DNA of 64,000 nt from Escherichia phage AV126. The translations under genes were made by a program, and so were the position numbers. Of this stretch, positions 46,908 to 55,172 are shown piece by piece. The notes beneath the pieces are model-generated. The model was given only the letters and a program-made list of their open reading frames with translations, made no database searches and was not told where the DNA came from. The stretch lies in the sequence record OR352956.1. The stretch is one strand, 5' to 3'. Position 1 is the first letter of the stretch, and the number at the start of each line of letters is the position of its first letter.

Positions 46908-47446
46908 GAATAACTGATGAATATGTATTCTTCTTTTCACATAAAGATGTGTTTAGTAATTGGTATATTGCACCCTTTACAGAAACTGAACTAGGTTACA
47001 ATGAGACTTTCTGTTGTGTTGAGCAATATATGATGTGGCGTAAGGCTTTGCTGTTCAAGGATCATGCGATTGCAGCAGCTATCCTTGATCACTCAACTAT
47101 ACGTGACAACGAGAGGAAACAAGCATACTACAAACGTATGGGTCGAGCGGTATCTGGTTTTAATAATGATATGTGGGAAGAGAACCGTGAGCGTATTGTT
47201 ATGCGAGGCTTATGCTTGAAATATGTACAGAATCCAGATTTGTATGCAGACTTACACCTTTACCAATACAAAACGTTTGTTGAAGCAAGCCCCTACGATA
47301 AGGTTTACGGAATTGGAATGGGGATGTATGAACCAGGGGTGCTAAACCCTGCTACCTGGAAAGGGCAGAATCTTTTAGGCAAATATCATAATAAACTGAT
47401 CGAAATACTTTTCCCAGACAAAATACCGCAAAGACGATATTTGTGA
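46904..47446 (+). CDS. NADAR-domain protein (YbiA-like)
   Basis: 180 aa; FSNW, VEQYMMWRKALLF, KRMGRAVSGF, VEASPYDKVYGIGMG collinear with E. coli YbiA. Confidence 0.75.
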   Translation: MRITDEYVFFFSHKDVFSNWYIAPFTETELGYNETFCCVEQYMMWRKALLFKDHAIAAAILDHSTIRDNERKQAYYKRMGRAVSGFNNDMWEENRERIVMRGLCLKYVQNPDLYADLHLYQYKTFVEASPYDKVYGIGMGMYEPGVLNPATWKGQNLLGKYHNKLIEILFPDKIPQRRYL

Positions 47447-47502
47447 TATTTTAACTTTTTTCATTTTTAGAACAAAGGTGTCACTTTGTAGCACAGAAAT
47501 AA

Positions 47503-47536
47503 GGCTCCTACAGCACCGTAGAGAGCCTGTTATTTT
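47503..47536 (+). terminator. rho-independent terminator ending plus-strand block
   Basis: GGCTCCTAC-agcacc-GTAGAGAGCC then TGTTATTTTG. Confidence 0.6.
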
Positions 47537-47685
47537 GTCCTATACAAACCCTTGTCTTTTTCAGTTTGCATCACTAGGATTCGATCTGAGTGGGTTCCTG
47601 AAGGTCTGCCAATAAGATTAAAGGTTATCTCAAATTCCCACTACCTATTATCTCAAAAATCCCTCAAATTATTTAAACTTTTTAA

Positions 47686-47870
47686 GAATTTACAAAAGTG
47701 AAAGTTGAAAACCAAAATTTAAAGTTTAGGAAAAATTATCTTAGAATGTTAGATACAAACAAAACTCAAAAGTCAAGGAAAATTTTAAAAATTTTGCGCG
47801 CCCACAGTATTTAAAGTTTTTTTGCTTTTACAAAAATGAAAGTACAAAAGCAAAATTTAAAGTTTACAAA
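47686..47870. repeat. two imperfect ~45-bp direct repeats
   Basis: TTTACAAAAGTGAAAGTTGAAAACCAAAATTTAAAGTTTA (47686) vs TTTACAAAAATGAAAGTACAAAAGCAAAATTTAAAGTTTA (47818). Confidence 0.6.
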
Positions 47871-47914
47871 AATTTATGCAGGTGGGAATGAGAAGAGTTC
47901 TCATGTGGAAATGC

Positions 47915-47993
47915 AAATGATAATGATTCGCATTTAAGTTTATAAACGAGATTGATTCTTATTCAATAAGGTAAATGATAATCATTCTCATTT
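47915..47993. promoter_or_regulatory. two Fur-box-like motifs
   Basis: AAATGATAATGATTCGCATTT (47915-47935) and AAATGATAATCATTCTCATTT (47973-47993) vs consensus GATAATGATAATCATTATC. Confidence 0.4.
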
Positions 47994-48251
47994 AGAGAAT
48001 GACGCGCAGGGGCGGTGTTTGTCTCGCGCTCCCGTGTCCCCTCGCCATGTAATAAGAATAACAGATCCAACCAGGAAAGCAAGCGATTATTTTATCTTTA
48101 CATTTCTTTACAAATATATAGCGCCCAGCCTACCGGCGATCAACCTTCCAACCAGCGCCCCTGGTATGTTAGCCCCGCCTTTACGCCGTGGGGTGGCGCT
48201 TCCTCTTCTGTATGTAAAACAGTATAAGCCCGATCCCTGGGCTTGTCAAGA

Positions 48252-48518
48252 TTATTTTTTGTTTTCTTGCCAGGATAGGACACCTAACCAAAAATGCATA
48301 TCGCCCCGCGCCGCTGGCGGGATCTTGCTTTCCCCGCCGCCACTGCAAGCCCATAAATAACCATCAGCAAACGGATCAAAATGTTCTATCTCTTCCACTT
48401 TATGATCGCCCAGGTTGAGAACGGTTTCAACCTTTAAGCCCGTTGCGCTTGCTACCTGGTGCACCGTGCCGCCTTGCCAGCCCAATGAGTGCATAAGGTG
48501 TAATGTAGTATTTGTCAT
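48252..48518 (-). CDS. hypothetical protein (uncertain)
   Basis: 88-aa ORF in GC-rich non-coding-looking stretch; weak RBS. Confidence 0.25.
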   Translation of the reverse strand: MTNTTLHLMHSLGWQGGTVHQVASATGLKVETVLNLGDHKVEEIEHFDPFADGYLWACSGGGESKIPPAARGDMHFWLGVLSWQENKK

Positions 48519-48626
48519 GGTATCGCCCTTTCTTTGATGTGCGCCCTGGTTGGCGCGGTAGAAAGATAATAGCCCTTTTCTTTATATATAGCAAGCAAAA
48601 AGAAAATAAAAAAGATTGAAAAATGG

Positions 48627-48683
48627 TTGACGTTAACCAGGCGGCGGCGTAGTATTCATCTTATAGGGCGGCAATGGTGCCGC
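48627..48683 (+). promoter_or_regulatory. promoter-hairpin cassette 1
   Basis: TTGACG, 17 nt, TAGTAT, then GGCGGCA-atgg-TGCCGC. Confidence 0.6.
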
Positions 48684-48704
48684 TCACTATTTGGAGTTAA
48701 GATC

Positions 48705-48902
48705 ATGGCAACATTGCACATTGTGGCGAAAGCTGGACAAATCAACGTAGTGGTAAACGGTTTTACTGAGTTCAGTCACCCCCAGGATGATCATGAAACG
48801 GTTTTATCTTTCATTGATTCCCTGTTAGAAATGGGAGTCATTACAGAAGACCAGCACGCTACAAAATGCAAGCGCGTTAATCAAATTGCAGGAATAGAAT
48901 AA
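48705..48902 (+). CDS. hypothetical small protein
   Basis: 65 aa from ATG after RBS GGAG; track ORF begins at the TTG of the -35 box. Confidence 0.55.
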   Translation: MATLHIVAKAGQINVVVNGFTEFSHPQDDHETVLSFIDSLLEMGVITEDQHATKCKRVNQIAGIE

Positions 48903-48908
48903 AAACTA

Positions 48909-48968
48909 TTGACAACAAACAACAACCTGATAAGATGTATCACATAGGGCGGGAAGTGGTTTCCCGCT
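48909..48968 (+). promoter_or_regulatory. promoter-hairpin cassette 2
   Basis: TTGACA, 16 nt, TAAGAT, then GGCGGGAA-gtggt-TTCCCGC. Confidence 0.65.
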
Positions 48969-48992
48969 CGTAACAGAAGAGAGATTATCATC

Positions 48993-49265
48993 ATGGCATC
49001 ATATAGCGCAACAATGATCGTAGCTGGCACAACTGGTAAACCTATGAGCGGTGGCGGATCTTTCGCTAATATCAATATTGACGGGCGTTTATCCCTGGAC
49101 GCAGCGATCGCTATTGCACGGGAAACATTTAAGAAAGAATGTAATTTCAACAAGCAAGATTATCTCGGTTTCGCTATTGAAAAAACCGCGCGCTTTGTTG
49201 ATTATAAAAGCCCGAAAATGGTTGATACTACACTAAAAGCGCAAGATGTAGCGTTTTTGCTTTAA
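48993..49265 (+). CDS. hypothetical small protein
   Basis: 90 aa; RBS AGAAGAGAG. Confidence 0.55.
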   Translation: MASYSATMIVAGTTGKPMSGGGSFANINIDGRLSLDAAIAIARETFKKECNFNKQDYLGFAIEKTARFVDYKSPKMVDTTLKAQDVAFLL

Positions 49266-49268
49266 GGC

Positions 49269-49323
49269 TTGACATTAACGAATAATTTGTTAATATGTTA
49301 CATAAAGCGGGAATAGTTCCCGC
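49269..49323 (+). promoter_or_regulatory. promoter-hairpin cassette 3
   Basis: TTGACA, 16 nt, TAATAT, then GCGGGAA-tag-TTCCCGC. Confidence 0.65.
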
Positions 49324-49341
49324 TATTTGTAAGGTGGTAGA

Positions 49342-49599
49342 ATGTTTTACATCAAATTAAAAGGTCACGTGATCGCGTTCAAAGATAACGCTTTTTACAG
49401 ATTAGCAAAATATGCGTTAATACATCCCCACTATGTTTATATAAGGGGGCGTGATGAAATAAATATCTTTGATCAAACAACATGCGAGAACATCGAGATC
49501 CGCAAGGTTGGCGTACGTGATTATCGTACATCTTTCTACCCTTGCAAGGATTCAGCAAGTCTTTTTAAAGTATGCCAATTGTTGAAAAAAGGTGGTTAA
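49342..49599 (+). CDS. hypothetical small protein
   Basis: 85 aa; RBS AAGGTGG. Confidence 0.55.
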   Translation: MFYIKLKGHVIAFKDNAFYRLAKYALIHPHYVYIRGRDEINIFDQTTCENIEIRKVGVRDYRTSFYPCKDSASLFKVCQLLKKGG

Positions 49600-49600
49600 T

Positions 49601-50158
49601 ATGGGCCGCGAATATGTGATCCAGTCTTGGGTAAAACATGAAGCAGATGATCCGCGCATCATTCCCGATCATCTTATCGATGAATCCACGGGATATAGCG
49701 GTGAGCAAATAGGTAACAGATTAGCACGTAGTAACGGCAACGTAAAAGCGCGTTATGTGCGCCCTGGCTGGCTGGCAAATGGTAACGCTGATTTATCCAG
49801 TGCGGAAGATGCAAGCGACGGCGCGAAAGATAATCCTTTGTACAAAATTGATCCGGCTTTTCGTGTCCTGGATGAATACCCCAGCAAGATAGCGGCGCTT
49901 GATGAAGCATTGGAAAGTAAGCGCATCACCTGGACCGCTTACAACATGGCAAAAAACGTACTTGATGGTAAATTGATTCAAGCTGAAAGAAAATTAGCCA
50001 AAATTGCAGCCATAGCCCAGGAGGAAGACGAGGAGACAACGGAAGAGGAAGAGTACGAAGAGATCCCGCCGTTGTTGTGTATTGATGCTTTTCCTGATTA
50101 TCAGCCGACAGAGGAAGAAAAAAGGATCGCACTAGAAAACTTTGAAAATAGTCTTTGA
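49601..50158 (+). CDS. hypothetical protein with acidic C-terminal region
   Basis: Start re-set to MGREYVIQ after RBS AAAGGTGG; EEDEETTEEEEYEE. Confidence 0.5.
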   Translation: MGREYVIQSWVKHEADDPRIIPDHLIDESTGYSGEQIGNRLARSNGNVKARYVRPGWLANGNADLSSAEDASDGAKDNPLYKIDPAFRVLDEYPSKIAALDEALESKRITWTAYNMAKNVLDGKLIQAERKLAKIAAIAQEEDEETTEEEEYEEIPPLLCIDAFPDYQPTEEEKRIALENFENSL

Positions 50159-50211
50159 CATATCGCCGCCACTGGCATAATATTTACCACGTAGGGCGGC
50201 AATGGTGCCGC
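50155..50211 (+). promoter_or_regulatory. promoter-hairpin cassette 4
   Basis: TTGACA, 17 nt, TAATAT, then GGCGGCA-atgg-TGCCGC. Confidence 0.65.
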
Positions 50212-50240
50212 TCATAGTGAAATTATACAGGAGGTTTACA

Positions 50241-50336
50241 ATGATTAATAAAGAAAATAGCTTGACGGTTGGAACGATTAACGCTATCATTTTCGCCGTT
50301 CCATTTTGGGTTGTAGTAGCGGCTATTATTTTCTAA
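50241..50336 (+). CDS. small hydrophobic peptide
   Basis: 31-aa ORF not in track; RBS AGGAGG. Confidence 0.4.
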   Translation: MINKENSLTVGTINAIIFAVPFWVVVAAIIF

Positions 50337-50345
50337 AAAATATTC

Positions 50346-50406
50346 TTGACAACGTTTTTTAATCTGATAAGATGTATCACATAGGGCGGCGGAATACTTC
50401 CCCGCC
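50346..50406 (+). promoter_or_regulatory. promoter-hairpin cassette 5
   Basis: TTGACA, 16 nt, TAAGAT, then GGCGGCGGAA-tac-TTCCCCGCC (imperfect). Confidence 0.6.
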
Positions 50407-50427
50407 AAAACAAAAAAGGGTAACACA

Positions 50428-50790
50428 ATGAGCAAGCAAATCAATACTATCATGTTTAATCTGGTATCTTTCCGCGATGATATGAAAAATTTACCACGTG
50501 AAACGGTTGATATTCATGTTTCAGCTTATCGCGCCCTTATTGATATGTTACCGCTAAAACGTGATCAACATGCCGCTAATATGATGCTTAATGCTATGCT
50601 TAAAAAGATGATTCAAACGGATCTTACTCTGGCATATGAGTATCAAGGGCGCTTATATGCTACTTACAACAAAGCGGTACCTGGTCTGGGAAGTACCGAA
50701 GAGTTGCACGGCTTAAACCTGGATCAGAACACTTGGGATAGTATGCGCCGCGTTATGGTATGGGCCGAAAGCGGTAAAATTTACGAATAA
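50428..50790 (+). CDS. hypothetical protein
   Basis: 120-aa ORF. Confidence 0.55.
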   Translation: MSKQINTIMFNLVSFRDDMKNLPRETVDIHVSAYRALIDMLPLKRDQHAANMMLNAMLKKMIQTDLTLAYEYQGRLYATYNKAVPGLGSTEELHGLNLDQNTWDSMRRVMVWAESGKIYE

Positions 50791-50796
50791 AAACGG

Positions 50797-50856
50797 TTGA
50801 CACTGTTTAAAATGCTGGTATAGTTTATCACATAGGGCGGGAAGTGGTTTCCCGCC
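50797..50856 (+). promoter_or_regulatory. promoter-hairpin cassette 6
   Basis: TTGACA, 16 nt, TATAGT, then GGCGGGAA-gtggt-TTCCCGCC. Confidence 0.65.
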
Positions 50857-50878
50857 AACAATGAAAAAGGTTATCATC

Positions 50879-51244
50879 ATGGCTATTAATATTAATGTTT
50901 CCGCTTATGCTACCCTGGCTAACACGGCTAAAATTGAATTATCCAGCATTGAGGCGGTGCATATTAGCGCCCGTCGCTGGTTTCAACAGTCCTACGGTAA
51001 CACGTATTTTTCTTTAATGGTTGACGTTGAGATCGGCGGTAAACTGATCGAGGTGGTTAACGTTCCGTTTCAATATGGCTATGGTGATCATTTTGATACC
51101 GTCGCCCTGGAAGAATTTAGCAAGGTTATCAACCTTGAGGGCAAGGAATTTTCACGCGGCGCGTATCTTTCCCGTTTTTGCCGTGACAATGGGATCACTG
51201 TATACAGTCATGCAAGCGATGTTAAACGTAAAAAAGATCTATAA
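50879..51244 (+). CDS. hypothetical protein
   Basis: Start re-set to MAININVSAY by analogy with sibling cassettes. Confidence 0.5.
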   Translation: MAININVSAYATLANTAKIELSSIEAVHISARRWFQQSYGNTYFSLMVDVEIGGKLIEVVNVPFQYGYGDHFDTVALEEFSKVINLEGKEFSRGAYLSRFCRDNGITVYSHASDVKRKKDL

Positions 51245-51250
51245 AAAGCA

Positions 51251-51309
51251 TTGACAGCACGAATAAAAAGAGTAAACTGTATTACATAGAGAGCGGGAAC
51301 ACTTCCCGC
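51251..51309 (+). promoter_or_regulatory. promoter-hairpin cassette 7
   Basis: TTGACA, 16 nt, TAAACT, then GCGGGAA-cac-TTCCCGC. Confidence 0.65.
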
Positions 51310-51333
51310 CTCACTGAAAAAGAGAGAAAAATC

Positions 51334-51573
51334 ATGGCTAAATCTAAAATGTACAACGGTCACAAAAACAAAACTCATTGGAATGTAAGCCTGTGGATTA
51401 ATAACGATGAGGGATTGTATCGGTTTGCATTGGGATTGATCAATGAGTGCGGTAATAAAGATCAGGCGGCTGATTTAATGTGCTACCGTTTGAAACAGGA
51501 TGGAATCACTACAACGCCAGACGGCTTTAAGTATAGTAAAACTGCAATCCGCGCCGCTATGGTTGGAATGTAA
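51334..51573 (+). CDS. hypothetical small protein
   Basis: 79 aa; RBS AAAGAGAGA. Confidence 0.55.
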   Translation: MAKSKMYNGHKNKTHWNVSLWINNDEGLYRFALGLINECGNKDQAADLMCYRLKQDGITTTPDGFKYSKTAIRAAMVGM

Positions 51574-51582
51574 TAAAAACAG

Positions 51583-51642
51583 TTGACAACGTTTAAAATT
51601 AGTGTAAGATGTATCACATAGGGCGGGAAGTGGTTTCCCGCC
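51583..51642 (+). promoter_or_regulatory. promoter-hairpin cassette 8
   Basis: TTGACA, 16 nt, TAAGAT, then GGCGGGAA-gtggt-TTCCCGCC. Confidence 0.65.
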
Positions 51643-51664
51643 AACAACAGAGAGATTAAAGATT

Positions 51665-51892
51665 ATGGCTATCAATATTGTTCGTGTATCCGGCACCGTT
51701 GGCAGTTCCCAGGTTGTAGCAGTTGTAACAAACAAAAAGATTAATGATGTATGTGAGATCTTGAATAAGTGGGCTATTGCTAATTTTGGGGAATATGCAA
51801 GCGTTGAGTACATCGAATCCTACCAGGTGCCGACCATCAGCCTAACCGATCTCAACGTTGATCGCCTGTTATGCCTGGATGAATTAATCTGA
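51665..51892 (+). CDS. hypothetical small protein
   Basis: 75 aa; N-terminus MAINIV resembles 50879 gene. Confidence 0.55.
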   Translation: MAINIVRVSGTVGSSQVVAVVTNKKINDVCEILNKWAIANFGEYASVEYIESYQVPTISLTDLNVDRLLCLDELI

Positions 51893-51901
51893 AAAAGATT
51901 G

Positions 51902-51957
51902 TTGACACGGGAAAGAAAAAGAGTAAACTGTATTACGTAGGGCGGCAATAGTGCCGC
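51902..51957 (+). promoter_or_regulatory. promoter-hairpin cassette 9
   Basis: TTGACA, 16 nt, TAAACT, then GGCGGCA-ata-GTGCCGC. Confidence 0.65.
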
Positions 51958-51982
51958 TCACAACAGAAGAGAGATTATCACG

Positions 51983-52198
51983 ATGGCTAATATCCGTACA
52001 CTGTTAAAAAATGCAAGTCAAGTTTTATTTTCAGATGACGAGTATTTCAACAAAGACATTACAGGCGTGAAAAATTTAAAAGACGTGAAGGATGTTATCG
52101 GTATCCGTGGATCTTTACGTAAAGGTGATATATACGGTAACAAGGTGCAATATAAACTGTCAAAAGATTATGATTTTACTTTGACAATTATTTCATAA
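51983..52198 (+). CDS. hypothetical small protein
   Basis: 71-aa ORF. Confidence 0.55.
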   Translation: MANIRTLLKNASQVLFSDDEYFNKDITGVKNLKDVKDVIGIRGSLRKGDIYGNKVQYKLSKDYDFTLTIIS

Positions 52199-52204
52199 AA
52201 CCGC

Positions 52205-52266
52205 TTGCAATCTTAATAAAATAAAGTAAACTGTATTACATCAAGGCGGCGGAATGGTCCACCGCC
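52205..52266 (+). promoter_or_regulatory. promoter-hairpin cassette 10
   Basis: TTGCAA, 16 nt, TAAACT, then GGCGGCGGA-atgg-TCCACCGCC. Confidence 0.6.
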
Positions 52267-52290
52267 TAACAAAGAGAAGAGGAAAATATT

Positions 52291-52458
52291 ATGATCACTT
52301 TCGCTACCCGTGAAGCCGCTCGCAACGTTGCCCGTAAAGTTAACGCCGCCAACCTGGGCGCTACACTTAAAGCCCCGGTAAAAGATGCATCAGGCGCGTG
52401 GATCTTCCCTGGTCTGCGTCACGCTGATAAGCTAGGCACTTTAAGCCTTAAAAAATAA
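52291..52458 (+). CDS. hypothetical small basic protein
   Basis: 55-aa ORF not in track; RBS AGAGGA. Confidence 0.45.
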   Translation: MITFATREAARNVARKVNAANLGATLKAPVKDASGAWIFPGLRHADKLGTLSLKK

Positions 52459-52461
52459 TCG

Positions 52462-52500
52462 TTGACTTTTCGTTATAGCGCCTTATAATGGGCGCTATAG
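52462..52500 (+). promoter_or_regulatory. promoter with palindrome over the -10 box
   Basis: TTGACT, 16 nt, TATAAT lying in the loop of ATAGCGCC-N8-GGCGCTAT. Confidence 0.55.
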
Positions 52501-52532
52501 AGAAGAGAAACCACTACTAACAAGGAAACATC

Positions 52533-52754
52533 ATGATCACTTTCGCTATTGTCGCCGTTGTCGCTGGTCAGGTTTACGTAAACGAGACATTTACTACAGA
52601 AGACAAGGCCGCAGGAGATATAACCGCCGTTTACAACGAGTGCAAGGCAGTAGAAAGGATGTTAGCGCCTTGTATGCTAATGAGTGAACGCCAGGACGGG
52701 ATAACAGTATTTACTAACATTGAAACAGGGTACCAAATGGTAGTAACAAAATAA
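52533..52754 (+). CDS. hypothetical small protein
   Basis: 73-aa ORF. Confidence 0.55.
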   Translation: MITFAIVAVVAGQVYVNETFTTEDKAAGDITAVYNECKAVERMLAPCMLMSERQDGITVFTNIETGYQMVVTK

Positions 52755-52757
52755 AGC

Positions 52758-52814
52758 TTGACACGGATTTAATTTTCAGTAAACTGTTACACGTAGGGCG
52801 GGAATAGTTCCCGC
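52758..52814 (+). promoter_or_regulatory. promoter-hairpin cassette 11
   Basis: TTGACA, 16 nt, TAAACT, then GCGGGAA-tag-TTCCCGC. Confidence 0.65.
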
Positions 52815-52833
52815 TCAAAAAGAGAGAAAGACT

Positions 52834-53187
52834 ATGAAAGCACAAAATGCAATTAAAGAGTACATCCTTGCCGCTATCGATTTTAATGATTACGGTATTA
52901 CAACCGAAAAAGAGAAGATCGCGGAATTGATGCGCCGTTTTAATTCCGAGTACTGGTACCCTGATAACCAATCACGTTTTAATTATAGTATTGTTAAAGC
53001 ACTTGCATCATGGTTACAAGGTTTGCCATCAGATATCAATATCGCTTTCGAATATTGGGAAATTGATCGCCTGTTAACATCCTGGGGATACATTAAAGAG
53101 AATAGCCGCGATGATAAAATCCAACGAGAAAGGGAAAATTATTGGCTTTATATTGCAGGCGTGATCCTTGCTTGCTCTTATGAATGA
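52834..53187 (+). CDS. hypothetical protein
   Basis: 117-aa ORF. Confidence 0.55.
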   Translation: MKAQNAIKEYILAAIDFNDYGITTEKEKIAELMRRFNSEYWYPDNQSRFNYSIVKALASWLQGLPSDINIAFEYWEIDRLLTSWGYIKENSRDDKIQRERENYWLYIAGVILACSYE

Positions 53188-53193
53188 TAAACC

Positions 53194-53246
53194 TTGACAA
53201 TTTTACAAAACAGTTTAAATTAACAATATAGCGGCAATGGTGCCGC
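53194..53246 (+). promoter_or_regulatory. promoter-hairpin cassette 12
   Basis: TTGACA, 16 nt, TAAATT, then GCGGCA-atgg-TGCCGC. Confidence 0.6.
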
Positions 53247-53266
53247 TCATATGAAGAGGAAACAAA

Positions 53267-53413
53267 ATGAATACATCTAATCGCGCAGAAAAAATTCAAT
53301 CTTCCAAGATCCGCAAGGCCTGGAACGAGGAAGTGATCCGCAAAGGCGACAAGCGTAATAAAACAAAGCGCGGGAAGAGTGACAAATATAATTGGATGGA
53401 TTTAGAGGATTAA
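53267..53413 (+). CDS. small basic protein
   Basis: 48-aa Lys/Arg-rich ORF not in track; RBS GAGGAAAC. Confidence 0.4.
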   Translation: MNTSNRAEKIQSSKIRKAWNEEVIRKGDKRNKTKRGKSDKYNWMDLED

Positions 53414-53419
53414 CATAAC

Positions 53420-53447
53420 AAGGGCGCACCAAGCGCCCTTTCTTTTT
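53420..53447 (+). terminator. rho-independent terminator
   Basis: AAGGGCGC-acca-AGCGCCCTT then TCTTTTT. Confidence 0.7.
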
Positions 53448-53468
53448 ACATGTAGAGGATAAACAAAA

Positions 53469-53654
53469 ATGACTTTAAACGAGCTTAAAACAGCGTACAG
53501 CGCAACATTAAAAATAGCCGTGCGTTACCGTGACGAATACGGTTTTATTGCGCAGGGCGTGATCCTGGGCTTTTCTGACGATGGTTTGATCTATGTTGAT
53601 GCACATTATAACAAGGTTAAACCGGAAAACGTTATTAGCATAAAATATCTTTAA
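53469..53654 (+). CDS. hypothetical small protein
   Basis: 61 aa; RBS GAGGA. Confidence 0.5.
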   Translation: MTLNELKTAYSATLKIAVRYRDEYGFIAQGVILGFSDDGLIYVDAHYNKVKPENVISIKYL

Positions 53655-53660
53655 AAACGG

Positions 53661-53720
53661 TTGACACCATAACCGGACCTGTTAAACTGTATTACATCAG
53701 GCGGGGAATAGTTCCCCACC
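53661..53720 (+). promoter_or_regulatory. promoter-hairpin cassette 13
   Basis: TTGACA, 16 nt, TAAACT, then GGCGGGGAA-tag-TTCCCCACC. Confidence 0.6.
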
Positions 53721-53739
53721 ATACAAAAAGGTAAATATT

Positions 53740-53946
53740 ATGATCACCGCAAAACAAGAAAAAATCATTATCGACGTTGCAGCCGTTGCCGCTATCGCTA
53801 TTATTGGATCTTATTATGATACCCGTTTCCCGTCGGCTATGCATGAGGTCGCCGCCGTTGCATCAGTTGGCGTACTGTTTTACGTTGGTAAACGCTATTT
53901 ATCACCAATGATTAACAAGCTGACACCGTGGAAAAATAAAGGTTGA
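53740..53946 (+). CDS. small membrane protein
   Basis: 68 aa, hydrophobic core AAVAAIAIIG. Confidence 0.5.
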   Translation: MITAKQEKIIIDVAAVAAIAIIGSYYDTRFPSAMHEVAAVASVGVLFYVGKRYLSPMINKLTPWKNKG

Positions 53947-53997
53947 TCCTGTTTTACATTGTGTTATAGTTATCGTGTAGGGCGGCAATGGTGCCGC
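53943..53997 (+). promoter_or_regulatory. promoter-hairpin cassette 14
   Basis: TTGATC, 16 nt, TATAGT, then GGCGGCA-atgg-TGCCGC. Confidence 0.6.
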
Positions 53998-54017
53998 GCC
54001 CCTTTGAGGATGCAATC

Positions 54018-54302
54018 ATGAGTAAAGCTAACACCGTGCTAATGTTTTCCCTGATTAATGATCTCGCTTACTTGTCCAACATGACGCAGGAGGGTAACAC
54101 ATTAACGGCAACATTCACCAATAAGCTTGACCGAGTGATCATCGTCTCACTGAAAACAGTTAGTAAAGGCTTTTACTCGTTAGCTTATCATTGTATCACT
54201 GACACCGACGAGACAAGCCAGGACTATAGCGCCCCTTTCCCTGAATCAATGGCACGGGAGATCATCGCCGCCGTTGTAAATGATGGTTTGTTTACTGCAT
54301 AA
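54018..54302 (+). CDS. hypothetical small protein
   Basis: Start re-set to MSKANTVL; track start is the ATG inside the hairpin loop. Confidence 0.5.
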   Translation: MSKANTVLMFSLINDLAYLSNMTQEGNTLTATFTNKLDRVIIVSLKTVSKGFYSLAYHCITDTDETSQDYSAPFPESMAREIIAAVVNDGLFTA

Positions 54303-54319
54303 ATAATTTAGAAAAAGGC

Positions 54320-54376
54320 TTGCAATCATTTTGAGATAGTGTATATTTAATTCATAGGGCGGCGGGAATAGTTCCC
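54320..54376 (+). promoter_or_regulatory. promoter-hairpin cassette 15
   Basis: TTGCAA, 16 nt, TATATT, then GGGCGGCGGGAA-tag-TTCCC. Confidence 0.55.
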
Positions 54377-54399
54377 AAAGCAAACGAGAGGATTACACG

Positions 54400-54519
54400 A
54401 TGAGCAAGTACACAGTAGAATACACGGTAGAGAATCCGGCAGTATCCGAAGGTAAAAAGATGACATTTGCCATCAGTATAATCGCTTTCGTTGTCACTAT
54501 CTTATCAATCATCTTATAA
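54400..54519 (+). CDS. small membrane peptide
   Basis: 39-aa ORF not in track; RBS GAGAGGA; C-terminal hydrophobic helix. Confidence 0.4.
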   Translation: MSKYTVEYTVENPAVSEGKKMTFAISIIAFVVTILSIIL

Positions 54520-54529
54520 GGTACACACC

Positions 54530-54691
54530 ATGAAAATAGCAGACATTATCAAAGAGATCGCCCTTGCCACTGGTATCGAGATCGAGGAAGTGATCGCGCT
54601 CAATCTTACAGAAAACGATTTGCGCAACTATGAAGCGGAAAGCGTGAAAGCAAGTGGCGCGGTCCTGGCATATAATCCGGCTAACAAATAG
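54530..54691 (+). CDS. hypothetical small protein
   Basis: Start re-set to MKIADIIKE; 53 aa. Confidence 0.4.
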   Translation: MKIADIIKEIALATGIEIEEVIALNLTENDLRNYEAESVKASGAVLAYNPANK

Positions 54692-54692
54692 T

Positions 54693-54750
54693 TTGACAAG
54701 CTGAATCAACCTGATAAGATGTATGACATAGGGGCGACAAGCGCCCCGCC
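54693..54750 (+). promoter_or_regulatory. promoter-hairpin cassette 16
   Basis: TTGACA, 16 nt, TAAGAT, then GGGGCG-acaa-GCGCCCC. Confidence 0.65.
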
Positions 54751-54771
54751 TAACAGAAGAGAGAAAAAATC

Positions 54772-55050
54772 ATGACCATCACCAAATTATCTACCGAAGA
54801 GATCACCAACATTCTGACTACTAATCTGCAAGATTGGAAGCGTGAAGCCGATTTGCAAGCGGTTTGCAAGCTGAATGTAGAGTTAACAGAAAGCGACATT
54901 GACGCCATTATTAACCCTGATTTCTATGATGCTATTCATGATGATTCTATTATCCTTGAAACACTATTAGATAATACTTGGATCAATCCCGATTTGGCAG
55001 CTTATGACCGTAGCGCCTTTATCACTATCCACAATATCTATAACCGTTAA
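54772..55050 (+). CDS. hypothetical small protein
   Basis: 92-aa ORF. Confidence 0.55.
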   Translation: MTITKLSTEEITNILTTNLQDWKREADLQAVCKLNVELTESDIDAIINPDFYDAIHDDSIILETLLDNTWINPDLAAYDRSAFITIHNIYNR

Positions 55051-55060
55051 GGGGCGTAGC

Positions 55061-55171
55061 ATGAATCCGAGAGATATGCAATCATGGAAAGGGTGCGACG
55101 ATCTAAGCGCCTTGCGCAATAAGTCAAGCCGTAACCTTAGACGGTTGGAAGCAAAGAAAAAGAAAAAATAG
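55061..55171 (+). CDS. small basic peptide (uncertain)
   Basis: 36-aa ORF not in track; Lys-rich tail. Confidence 0.3.
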   Translation: MNPRDMQSWKGCDDLSALRNKSSRNLRRLEAKKKKK

Positions 55172-55172
55172 T

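Noticed and set aside
47570-47600. GGATTCGATC, which resembles the reverse complement of a tRNA T-arm
   Set aside because: Flanking sequence does not form acceptor, D or anticodon stems by eye; no cloverleaf. A tRNA scan would settle it.
48019-48360. Pro-rich 113-aa plus-strand ORF and the overlapping 70-aa ORF
   Set aside because: Low-complexity, no RBS, lies in GC-rich non-coding-looking DNA; likely chance ORFs.
48941-48952. Resemblance of the conserved CACATAGGGCGG start region to T7/SP6-type phage RNA polymerase promoters (CACTATAGGG)
   Set aside because: Every copy is preceded at the correct spacing by TTGACA and TAnnnT, so the simpler reading is a host sigma70 promoter with the conserved block as the transcribed 5' end; no single-subunit RNA polymerase gene is in this window, though one elsewhere cannot be excluded.
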